Shown here piece after piece: positions 55,531 to 64,000 of a DNA stretch of 64,000 nucleotides. Origin of the DNA: a virus (Duplodnaviria; Heunggongvirae; Uroviricota; Caudoviricetes); the IMG/VR virus record IMGVR_UViG_3300034095_001584, one strand, 5' to 3'. A program made the translations under genes and the position numbers. The notes under the pieces were generated by a model. The model ran no database searches and had not been told where the DNA came from. It saw only the letters and a list, made by a program, of their open reading frames with translations. Within the stretch, counting starts at the first letter, position 1; each line of letters opens with the position of its first letter.

Positions 55531-58500
55531 TTATAAGTTAGTGCTAACCAATGCTTGTGCCACAACAGTTCCTATCCAAACAGGTGTACCAGCACCACCT
55601 TGATAACTGGTTAACATAAATACGTCTGCAAAACCATTTGTAGCAGTTAATGTTGGAGCCACACCATTTGCCCATATTACGCTTGTAAATGTAATTGATG
55701 CCGTACCAGCGTATTTTACAACCAACATCAAAGTATTTACAGATGGATTATTATCTCTGTTACTGTAACTTATTGTTGTTATAGTTGCACCACTTGTCAT
55801 TGAAACTATGTGTACTGCTGCAGCTGCAACATTAAGTGTTAGTGTTTGATTTGTACCAGTAATACTTTGTGTAGTACTATTTTGTACAAATTTACCAGCA
55901 CACTTTAGTGATCCACTAACATCTAGTAATGCGCTTGGAACCGTTGTACCTATACCAACATTTAAATTCGGATCAAAAGTCATTATTATAGCTTCACTGT
56001 TATTTGGCGCAGGATTTCCTGATCCTCTATAAAAATAAAATCTATTACTATCTGCTGCTGCTCTTGAACTCAATGACCAATAAATTCCAGTCCAACTAGT
56101 TTCATTAGCTACTGCTGTATGGCCAAATAAAACATCTGATGGATAAGATGTGCCATTAGAATCCAATCTTACTGTAGCTCTATTTGCAATTGAAAAGTCT
56201 CTTCCTATTCTTACTCCTAGAGTATCTACTTTAGCAGTAGGAAATGTTGTACCTATACCCAAATTACCATCGGCTTTTATTCTAACTAATCCAGTAGTAC
56301 CTCCTGTAGCTTTTTCTACATGTAAATTTTGACTCAACACTGTAGCTCCACCTGCATAATTTATATATGCTGCACCAGCAGAAGCGCCATTATAAAAATT
56401 TAATTGATCTCCACTTTGGACTCTTACAGTATAATTTGCATCATAAGATCCAAATATTATTTCACCTCCACTGCCTGCTCTTACATCTAATTTACCAACT
56501 GGATTTGTTGTACCAATACCAACATTACCGCCCATAAATATTGCGGATGGTATTGATGTGGAACTTGTAACTTGTAATTTAGCTACTGGATTATTTGTAC
56601 CAATACCCACTTTATTATTAACTACAACAAAATCGTTTTGACCATATTGTCCCGCAACAATTCTATCATCCGCAAATACTTCTAGTACAGGTAATCCAGC
56701 ACTATTGTTTACACTCATCAAGCTATCACTTAAATCATCAACCACACTAAATAATGTACCACTGGTACCATCTGTTCTTAATAATGTAGCACCAGCAGTT
56801 GTGGAATTTACATGCAATGAAGCAGATGGAGATGTGGTACCAATACCTACATTTCCTCCATTCGTTATGCGCATTCTTTCAGTTTGTGAAGAAATATTTG
56901 TTGCACTTGATCTAAATATTATACCATTATAACCAGCAATATTTGCTTGTAGAGTATTACTAAAATATATACCAACACTATCATTTGATGATCCATTATA
57001 AAGTTTATAACTGTCACTTAAACTTATATTTCCATTAACTATTGATAGTTTATCTGTTACACTTGTTGTGCCTATACCTAAGTTTCCATTACTATTAATT
57101 AATGCATATACACTGGAACCACCTCTATTTCTAAAAACATGATTTGTATTATCAAAATAATTACTTGGATCACCGGCGTTACCTAAATATATTGCTATAT
57201 TACCAGCAGGTTCAAATATTCTAAAATAATTAGTTGATAAATCTAAAAATCTAAGACCACCCACGCCAATTGCACCATTTACATCCAATTTAAAAGCAGG
57301 ACTTGTTGTACCTATACCAACATTACCACCACCATCTGCTTTGATAGTCATGCGGGTAGTCATTGTTCCCGCTACATTTTGTCTAAAATAGATATCACCA
57401 AATACTTGACCTGAACTTGTAGGATATGTATTATCAATATATGAAGTTGCTATATTTGCATTATAAAATAAATGTAATCCGTGAGTATCAGAATTATTAT
57501 AACTTATTTTAATTCCATGGTCACTTGTACTTGTATTGTTAATTCTAACAAATGGATTAGCACCATGTACATTTAACAATGAAGAAGGACCAGCAGTACC
57601 TATACCAACGTTTCCTTTGAAATAAGAAGTACCTGTGCTAGCTTCTACGCTAAACAATAAGTCTGCACCTGTACTATAAATTCCAAATTTTGGTTGTACG
57701 CCACTTCCATAGTCAGCGGCGTTTGGAATATGAACACTCAATACTCTATCTGTATAAGCTCCACCTCTACCAATAAAATAATAATTATTAGCAGATGAAG
57801 TAGTACTTTGTACATCAGGAAATCCTATACCAGCCCATTTTCCTATAGTAGAAGTGTCTGAAACTCTCAATACGGAAGAGAAAGTATTTTGTGAACCATC
57901 ACCTACTATTGTTAATCTTCCATTTGGTGATGTTGTGCCTATACCAACATTACCATTAAATTTAATTCTAACTTTTTCTGATCTGACGGTGCCAGCATCT
58001 GATGTGTAGAATACAAGATCACCGGATTCAGCCCCATTCGTATTTGTTATAACATGTGCGCCTAGTCCGCCATATTCATGTTCATTACCAGCACTATCAT
58101 TTAATGTAAAATATAAGTTGGAACCATTTCCAACTGTACCATCATTCATATGCAAATATAAAAGCCCATAATTCGCAGCCGTACCAGAATATCCAGATTT
58201 TCTCAGTCTAAATGGTACAGGTGTGGTAGTTCCTGTATGTTCAAATAGAGTTGTTACATCATTTCTATTACCCACATCAACATAAAATGCATTACCTGTA
58301 CCACCATTGTTGTTAACCACAAATTTAGCACCAGGACTAGTTGTGCCTATACCCACGTTACCATTGCCTTTGATACGCATGGTTTCTGTTTTACCATTAA
58401 TGGTTTCACTTGAACCATTTTGGAATATATGGTCTTGATATGTACCATATATCATACTATCAGATCCAGCTACAACATCACCTGTATAATTTCTGAATAC

Positions 58501-61044
58501 TATGTAACCTCCAGTATTGTTATCCAAGAATGTTAGACCAGCATAAGTTCCATTGTCAGCGGTATTTCTAAAAGTTATATAATTGCTTGTATTAGAATCA
58601 ATTAGCAAATTTGTGCCAGTTGTAACTGTTCCAGTGCCAGTTGGTGCAGAAGCACGAATATTTAATAATGCACCTGGTGCAGTTGTACCAATACCTATGT
58701 TTGCTGATGCTTGTAAACTTGCAAGTCTAAATATGCCATCCGCAGCTGGTATACCAGATGCACTATAGTCACCCCAATTTAATATACCATTTAAATTCAT
58801 CCAGAGACTGTTAGAAACTCTGTTTGCCCAGTGGAAATTAATATTAGGACCATACTTATCAGCTGATTGAGCATTTCCTACCAAGTCTCTTTCTCTTATG
58901 CTTATTGGACTATTTGACCAATCTTCATTATCTGTTAAATTTGTATAAGACACCAACATTCTGGTGCTTGTACCGCCACTAAATCCTATATCTCCAACCA
59001 CTTGTAACTTATTAGCCGGAGCAGTTGAACCTATACCAACATTACCACCACTTAATATTGTAAATAACGGCGTGCCGTTATGAATGTGTTGAAAAGCTTT
59101 GTTACTATCAGTATAAGTGTACAATGCGCCAGCTAGAGCGCCATTAGTGGTATCAGATGTTGTATTTTTAAGCAAATATGCATTACTCGTACCATCATCA
59201 AATCGAATATATGAAAAGGAACCACCACCATTTAAGTGTATCCATGGATTGCTAGCTTTATATATGGTAAGAGGCGCACCAGGAGTTGTAGTACCAATAC
59301 CAACGTTGCCTGTACTTATGATACGCACTCTTTCAACACCATTAGTATAAAATCTTGTATTACCATGTGTGAAATTAGCATTATTTTTTGTTAATTGTCC
59401 TATTTCTAGAGATCCACCAGCTGCACCATATGTTCCAGGTGTATAATAAATTCCAGCTTGAGCATCCCAATCCCAATTTGAACCTAAAATCAAACCATTT
59501 GTAGCATTGTTACCAATCATCCACAAATTACCATCATTGTATCCCAATAAATCAAATCCGTAATATCTGACACGTTCATAACCTTGTGTCAATTTAGCTA
59601 CAACAACATTGCTTGATCCAGCTCCAATTTCAAATTTAAAATTAGGAACGGTTGTGCCTATGCCAACGTTACCATTATCAAGATTAACTATTGACCCAGT
59701 AGTTATTGTTGTTGTACTGTTAAATTTAGCAACATAGTTTGTTAAACCTGTCACAGTTACACTTGTTCCACTTGATCCAGATGTGCCTGAACTGCCACTG
59801 GTTCCGCTTGATCCACTTGATCCACTTGTACCACTACTTCCACTTGTGCCTGAACTACCACTGGTTCCGCTTGATCCGCTTGTTCCGCTTGATCCACTTG
59901 TTCCGCTTGATCCGCTTGATCCAGATGTGCCTGAACTACCACTGGTTCCGCTTGATCCGCTTGATCCGCTTGTTCCGCTTGATCCACTGGTTCCACTTGA
60001 TCCGCTTGATCCACTTGTTCCACTTGATCCACTGGTTCCACTTGATCCGCTTGATCCAGATGTGCCTGAACTACCACTAGTTCCGCTTGATCCACTTGTT
60101 CCACTTGATCCACTGGTTCCACTTGATCCGCTTGATCCAGATGTGCCTGAACTACCACTAGTTCCGCTTGATCCACTTGTTCCACTTGATCCAGATGTGC
60201 CTGCTGCGGTTGCGGTGGATTTATAAACAACACCTGTTGTATTATCTACTGTTAGATAGTATCCGGTTGCATTAGTAGTTAGACCGTCAATTTCAACTGA
60301 ACCACTAACATGTAATTTAGCTGTTGGATTATTTGTGCCAATACCTACTCTATTGTTTCTTAAAACAAAGTCATTTGTACCATATTGACCCATTACAACT
60401 CTATCATCCGCAAATACTTCCAATACAGGTAAACCTGCACTGTTGTTTACACTCATCAAACTGTCACTTAAATCATCAACTACACTAAATAATGTTCCAT
60501 TTGTACCATCTGTTCTCAATACAGTAGCACCTGAAGTGGTTGAGTTTACATGCAATCTAGCAGCAGTAGTAGTTGTTCCAATACCAATGTTTCCACTACT
60601 AGAAATAAACAATCTAGTAGCACTACCAGCAGTAAAAGACAATCCAACATCATTAGTTCCTAAAATAGACTGTGTACTATTTCCCCATGTAAGACTATTT
60701 CCAGAATCTATATATAAAGTACCATTATTAACATAAGCAGATCCAACTACTTGAAATTTGAATATTGGACTTGTAGTGCCTATACCAACGTTTGTACCAT
60801 TATCATACACTAAACTATTAGCTATAGTGGAATTTCCTGTAAATTTACTTAAATAGTTACTAGTAGGTTGTACAGATGTAACAAATGCACCTCCACCACC
60901 TGTTGATATTGCACTTGCTGATAGTGGACCTGTAAATAATATGGTTGATGCATCAATCAACCTCATTGAATTAGTTACTTGTTCACCTTTAACTGTGAAA
61001 AAATCAATTTTACCAACTGATGGATTTATTATGATATCTGGCAT
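55531..61044 (-). CDS. large tail fibre protein, 1837 aa
   Basis: About 17 GNVGIGTTxP-type repeats, a Gly-Ser/Thr collagen-like tract, and a fibre-tip-like C-terminus (VIWANGVAPTLT...DVFML). Confidence 0.88.
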   Translation of the reverse strand: MPDIIINPSVGKIDFFTVKGEQVTNSMRLIDASTILFTGPLSASAISTGGGGAFVTSVQPTSNYLSKFTGNSTIANSLVYDNGTNVGIGTTSPIFKFQVVGSAYVNNGTLYIDSGNSLTWGNSTQSILGTNDVGLSFTAGSATRLFISSSGNIGIGTTTTAARLHVNSTTSGATVLRTDGTNGTLFSVVDDLSDSLMSVNNSAGLPVLEVFADDRVVMGQYGTNDFVLRNNRVGIGTNNPTAKLHVSGSVEIDGLTTNATGYYLTVDNTTGVVYKSTATAAGTSGSSGTSGSSGTSGSSGTSGSSGSSGTSGSSGTSGSSGTSGSSGTSGSSGSSGTSGSSGTSGSSGSSGTSGSSGTSGSSGSSGTSGSSGTSGSSGSSGTSGSSGTSGSSGTSGSSGTSGSSGTSGSSGSSGTSGSSGTSGSSGTSVTVTGLTNYVAKFNSTTTITTGSIVNLDNGNVGIGTTVPNFKFEIGAGSSNVVVAKLTQGYERVRYYGFDLLGYNDGNLWMIGNNATNGLILGSNWDWDAQAGIYYTPGTYGAAGGSLEIGQLTKNNANFTHGNTRFYTNGVERVRIISTGNVGIGTTTPGAPLTIYKASNPWIHLNGGGSFSYIRFDDGTSNAYLLKNTTSDTTNGALAGALYTYTDSNKAFQHIHNGTPLFTILSGGNVGIGSTAPANKLQVVGDIGFSGGTSTRMLVSYTNLTDNEDWSNSPISIRERDLVGNAQSADKYGPNINFHWANRVSNSLWMNLNGILNWGDYSASGIPAADGIFRLASLQASANIGIGTTAPGALLNIRASAPTGTGTVTTGTNLLIDSNTSNYITFRNTADNGTYAGLTFLDNNTGGYIVFRNYTGDVVAGSDSMIYGTYQDHIFQNGSSETINGKTETMRIKGNGNVGIGTTSPGAKFVVNNNGGTGNAFYVDVGNRNDVTTLFEHTGTTTPVPFRLRKSGYSGTAANYGLLYLHMNDGTVGNGSNLYFTLNDSAGNEHEYGGLGAHVITNTNGAESGDLVFYTSDAGTVRSEKVRIKFNGNVGIGTTSPNGRLTIVGDGSQNTFSSVLRVSDTSTIGKWAGIGFPDVQSTTSSANNYYFIGRGGAYTDRVLSVHIPNAADYGSGVQPKFGIYSTGADLLFSVEASTGTSYFKGNVGIGTAGPSSLLNVHGANPFVRINNTSTSDHGIKISYNNSDTHGLHLFYNANIATSYIDNTYPTSSGQVFGDIYFRQNVAGTMTTRMTIKADGGGNVGIGTTSPAFKLDVNGAIGVGGLRFLDLSTNYFRIFEPAGNIAIYLGNAGDPSNYFDNTNHVFRNRGGSSVYALINSNGNLGIGTTSVTDKLSIVNGNISLSDSYKLYNGSSNDSVGIYFSNTLQANIAGYNGIIFRSSATNISSQTERMRITNGGNVGIGTTSPSASLHVNSTTAGATLLRTDGTSGTLFSVVDDLSDSLMSVNNSAGLPVLEVFADDRIVAGQYGQNDFVVVNNKVGIGTNNPVAKLQVTSSTSIPSAIFMGGNVGIGTTNPVGKLDVRAGSGGEIIFGSYDANYTVRVQSGDQLNFYNGASAGAAYINYAGGATVLSQNLHVEKATGGTTGLVRIKADGNLGIGTTFPTAKVDTLGVRIGRDFSIANRATVRLDSNGTSYPSDVLFGHTAVANETSWTGIYWSLSSRAAADSNRFYFYRGSGNPAPNNSEAIIMTFDPNLNVGIGTTVPSALLDVSGSLKCAGKFVQNSTTQSITGTNQTLTLNVAAAAVHIVSMTSGATITTISYSNRDNNPSVNTLMLVVKYAGTASITFTSVIWANGVAPTLTATNGFADVFMLTSYQGGAGTPVWIGTVVAQALVSTNL
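56570..56858 (-). repeat. copy B of an about 290-bp internal duplication in the tail fibre
   Basis: Encodes GTLFSVVDDLSDSLMSVNNSAGLPVLEVFADDR, identical to copy A. Confidence 0.9.
59761..60202 (-). repeat. about 49 Gly-(Thr/Ser)-Ser triplets (9-bp period coding repeat)
   Basis: (GTS/GSS)n in the fibre; DNA units such as gttccgcttgatcc with higher-order blocks gatccagatgtgcctgaactacca. Confidence 0.95.
60310..60600 (-). repeat. copy A of the internal duplication in the tail fibre
   Basis: Same 33-aa identical core as 56570-56858, with synonymous nucleotide differences. Confidence 0.9.
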
Positions 61045-61086
61045 ATACTGTATAAATAGAACCTAAATTATATAATCAAACAGTAT

Positions 61087-63129
61087 TTATAGACCAAATC
61101 TACCTTTTGTAGCATTGTAATTTTGTAAAACTTGAGCGGCAGATAATGCAATATTGTAGCATCTAGCTGATGCTATTCTACAACTTTGATATCTACCCAA
61201 GTGATTTCCACCAATTACTAAATTTTGACCTGACGTTGTTGTGCCTGTAATTTTTGTTTTTGATGCTCTTACTATTCCATCAACATAAATATGCATATTG
61301 GACCCGTCAACGACTCCAACCAAATGATGCCATACACTATCGCAAATACTTGATCCATAAACTGCATCGTCTGCCGTTCCTAAACTATTTCTTTGGCCGA
61401 AAAATACATTTCCAGTATCAAGAATATGTAAACTTGTGTATGGAGTAGTACCCACTGCGCCATAATTAGAAATTATAGCAGTATTGCTATTAAATCCGCC
61501 GGGAGAATTATCCCAAAACCAAGCTTCCCACGTTATTTGTGCGTTGTCTGTGTTTTGATTAAGATCAGTCTGAATATATCCATTTACACCATCAAGAATA
61601 AAATCTCCACCGTAAAGCGATGAATATGTTACTCCTCCAGTTAATGTTCCAATTTTACCATTTCCACTTACATCATAAAATGTTGTTCCAGCGCCGCCAT
61701 AACTATATATATTACCAGCATCAAGATTTAATACTAATCCTTGTTGTACAATTGTATTTGCAAATCTAGATTTTTGAGCTTCATAATTTTGAAGTATTTC
61801 TGTAGCGGATAAATTTCTATTATATATTTTAACAGAACCTATTTTTCCATTCCATATAGACGTTGGAGTTGTAAACCTAGACCCAATAGTTACATTATCA
61901 GTATTATCATTAACAGCATTAGTAGGATTTACAACTGTTCCAGATACTTGAGATCCATTTATGTAAATTTTTATATCTGAAGATCCTGATGCTCTTAAAT
62001 GTGTCGCGCTAATGTGATACCAAGTATTTAAAGCGAAAGTATAACTAGCATCTACATATGGACCGCCTCCAGAACCTACGTCAAAATAAACTTTGTTATT
62101 TACATAATGAACCAATAAACAATACTCTTCATTTGTATCAGAAACGCCTTTGCCAACTATTGCTCCATAATAATTCATCGATGAAGAAATCAAAACCCAC
62201 GCCTCAACAGTTAATGCTGAAGTGCTTTTTAATGAAGATGAATTAGGAATAACTATATAATCATTAGAACCATCAAATAAAAAAGCTCCTTTATTGTAGT
62301 AATCAAAAAGAGGCATATTTGATCCGGTTCCATTACCAAACAGTCCATTATCATCATTTCCTGATAAATCAATTATACTTCTATCAGTATTAGATATACC
62401 CCATTTTTGTCCAAGATATGTGTGGACTAATCTTCTTTCTGTGGTTGTTAGAAGCCTATTAAATACAATAATTTCTGCTGCTTCGCAAGTAGAAACTTCG
62501 CTACTGATATTGACGCCTAGCCCAAGCGGCCCTGCGTTTGCGCCATTAGAATTTGTAGTTATTGCAGTTCCATTACTATATAAATTTGCCAAATCAGTTG
62601 AGCTACCACTCCAATCTCCCATATACATTCTCCAAGTATTATCTGCTGGATAACCTTGATATTGGACCCATCCTTCTGCATAATATTGATTATAATGACC
62701 TCCCCAATGCCCTAATAGCCAATTTGTTCCAGTCGCTCCTGTATATAGAGTACTTAAAACCCTGTTAGGATTTATTCCTGATAATCTAGTCACACAAAAT
62801 ATTGTATAAGCAGAAGTAACTAAATTAATTGAAGAATTCCATATTTGTTGACTTGTAGTGCATGCTATTACTTTTCTTGAATTTAAAAAAGCATTTCTAG
62901 TTGGTCCAGCAGAAACAGGAACCATATGATAATTAAATCCGCTTTTATCACGCCATTGACTCACTGTGGTTCCTGAACTATAACTAAATGTAGTATCATC
63001 AGCAGCATCCATCCACATAAGCAAGCCGCCTTTCACTGGCAAATCAGTTGGATATGATTTATTTTGTGATGCATCTAAACACATCACTAAACCATCTTGC
63101 ACTATTTTTGGTGAATATTGTAAAGCCAT
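61087..63129 (-). CDS. multi-LamG/ConA-like lectin tail protein
   Basis: VQDGLVMCLDA and VQQGLVLNLDA modules, WYHISAT, WNGKIGSVKIYNRNLSATEILQNY, QNYNATKGRFGL. Confidence 0.88.
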   Translation of the reverse strand: MALQYSPKIVQDGLVMCLDASQNKSYPTDLPVKGGLLMWMDAADDTTFSYSSGTTVSQWRDKSGFNYHMVPVSAGPTRNAFLNSRKVIACTTSQQIWNSSINLVTSAYTIFCVTRLSGINPNRVLSTLYTGATGTNWLLGHWGGHYNQYYAEGWVQYQGYPADNTWRMYMGDWSGSSTDLANLYSNGTAITTNSNGANAGPLGLGVNISSEVSTCEAAEIIVFNRLLTTTERRLVHTYLGQKWGISNTDRSIIDLSGNDDNGLFGNGTGSNMPLFDYYNKGAFLFDGSNDYIVIPNSSSLKSTSALTVEAWVLISSSMNYYGAIVGKGVSDTNEEYCLLVHYVNNKVYFDVGSGGGPYVDASYTFALNTWYHISATHLRASGSSDIKIYINGSQVSGTVVNPTNAVNDNTDNVTIGSRFTTPTSIWNGKIGSVKIYNRNLSATEILQNYEAQKSRFANTIVQQGLVLNLDAGNIYSYGGAGTTFYDVSGNGKIGTLTGGVTYSSLYGGDFILDGVNGYIQTDLNQNTDNAQITWEAWFWDNSPGGFNSNTAIISNYGAVGTTPYTSLHILDTGNVFFGQRNSLGTADDAVYGSSICDSVWHHLVGVVDGSNMHIYVDGIVRASKTKITGTTTSGQNLVIGGNHLGRYQSCRIASARCYNIALSAAQVLQNYNATKGRFGL

Positions 63130-63132
63130 ATA

Positions 63133-64000
63133 TTATATATATTGTGTTTTTGCTGATTGATAATTAGCAGAGACTTCTGATGCAGAGATCTCTCTATTAT
63201 ACATTCTTATTTCACCCATTTCTCCATTCCAATGCGCTGTACCAGACCCACGATAACCAAGTCCTCTAGGAGTTGTACCAGATCCAATGCTAGTTACATT
63301 TTGACGACCATTTGCAGCTTGTAATGTTGATGTGGTTGATTCTAAATTTCCGTTCAAATAGACTTTTATGGTACTTCCACTCCATGCGTATACTACATGA
63401 TACCATACGTTTGCGGAAATGGTTGATGTAGATCTAGCACCAGTATTAAATCCACCATTATTATCAAACCAGCCACTACCATTTCCCAAATCGCTTCCAA
63501 AAGCAACTGTACCGCTGCTAGCATATAAAGAAAACCATACAACATTTTCTTGAATATAAATTTGCTGATAGTTACCTGACGTAGGTAAACTATAACACTT
63601 TAACCAAAATTCCCATGTACCGGCTGTTTGTCCCGAATTGATATTTGATGCAAAATTGATATAAGAACTCGACGCACTATCAAAAACAATTGGGCCTCCT
63701 TTAATTCTCGGAAGACCGAAATTTATATGAGCTACTTGAGAAGGATTTGTTGTATAGTTTTCATATGCCCATCCAAAAGCATTTCCTTGTCCCAATCCCG
63801 GCTGTCCAATTAATATCCACTCAGGAGCAGCTATATAATCAGATTCTAAAAATCCAGCAGGTTTTCCTAAATCAGTTAAGATATCTCTTACTGTGGAATT
63901 GTAAGTATCTGCTCTATGACTGCCCATTACTATGAAAGTAGCTTTTGGATAATAAGATTTTATTGTATTATAATTAGATACAAATAACGCCAATTCAGTA
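63133..64000 (-). CDS. LamG-domain tail protein with ILEI/PANDER-like segment, 5' end outside the window
   Basis: Frame stays open to the window edge; FIVMGSH...LTDLG...WILIGQPGLGQG then WYHVVYAW...GEMGEIRMYNREISASEVSANY. Confidence 0.75.
   Translation of the reverse strand, partial: TELALFVSNYNTIKSYYPKATFIVMGSHRADTYNSTVRDILTDLGKPAGFLESDYIAAPEWILIGQPGLGQGNAFGWAYENYTTNPSQVAHINFGLPRIKGGPIVFDSASSSYINFASNINSGQTAGTWEFWLKCYSLPTSGNYQQIYIQENVVWFSLYASSGTVAFGSDLGNGSGWFDNNGGFNTGARSTSTISANVWYHVVYAWSGSTIKVYLNGNLESTTSTLQAANGRQNVTSIGSGTTPRGLGYRGSGTAHWNGEMGEIRMYNREISASEVSANYQSAKTQYI

Noticed and set aside
55531-55900. C-terminal peptidase S74 autochaperone, often found with GNVGIGT repeats
   Set aside because: No SD.RLK.NI-type motif is present. 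The fibre ends in a different tip domain and a separate chaperone gene follows.
59761-60202. Possible CRISPR array
   Set aside because: The repeat has a continuous 9-bp period with no unique spacers and lies in frame within a CDS.
59739-60233. Extra ORFs with PLDPLVPL, LIRLIH and QVDQAE repeats
   Set aside because: They are alternative-frame or antisense shadows of the Gly-Ser-Thr tract, whose 9-bp repeat lacks stops. They have no independent start signals.
130-63935. Numerous 60-120 aa ORFs antisense to or nested in assigned genes (e.g. 130-429, 2201-2482, 29290-29565, 46590-46895)
   Set aside because: They have no recognisable motifs or start signals and overlap well-supported genes, so they are treated as chance ORFs.
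1-64000. Stop-codon reassignment as in some large phages
   Set aside because: Long genes (polymerase, fibre) are intact under the standard code, coding density is near complete, and TAA and TGA both end genes.
55531-64000. Diversity-generating retroelement or invertase system acting on tail genes
   Set aside because: No reverse transcriptase or recombinase is in the window. The duplicated segments differ at synonymous sites, not specifically at adenines.
1-64000. tRNA, rRNA or other structured ncRNA genes
   Set aside because: All intergenic gaps are under about 100 bp and are explained by promoters, leaders or terminators. I saw no cloverleaf.

Overview
Fragment of a large, AT-rich, T4-like (myovirus-type) dsDNA bacteriophage genome. 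It is read with the standard code, almost fully coding, and I found no tRNA, CRISPR or reverse transcriptase. Core phage genes: family B DNA polymerase, sliding clamp, two clamp-loader subunits 28 kb apart, dUTPase, dNMP kinase, PD-(D/E)XK nuclease, UV endonuclease UvsE and a DruA/DUF4338-like protein. About 43 of roughly 76 CDS look devoted to glycan synthesis and tailoring: about 24 glycosyltransferase-like ORFs, 8 methyltransferases, 3 sulfotransferases, an RmlA/RmlB pathway with a UER1-like epimerase-reductase and no RmlC, and an unexplained cupin / nucleotidyltransferase-RpiB / PfkB / KdsC / phosphodiesterase module. These lie near a 1837-aa tail fibre carrying about 49 Gly-X-Y triplets made only of Gly, Ser and Thr, a candidate glycosylation acceptor. 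At 45.4-49.7 kb, three modular proteins share a DUF5661-like motif and look like protease-processed virion polyproteins. One carries a 240-aa intein inside a tiny non-enzymatic motif and another ends in a T4-type lysozyme. All family assignments come from motifs recognised by eye, not database searches, and several starts were moved to a downstream ATG relative to the supplied ORF track.
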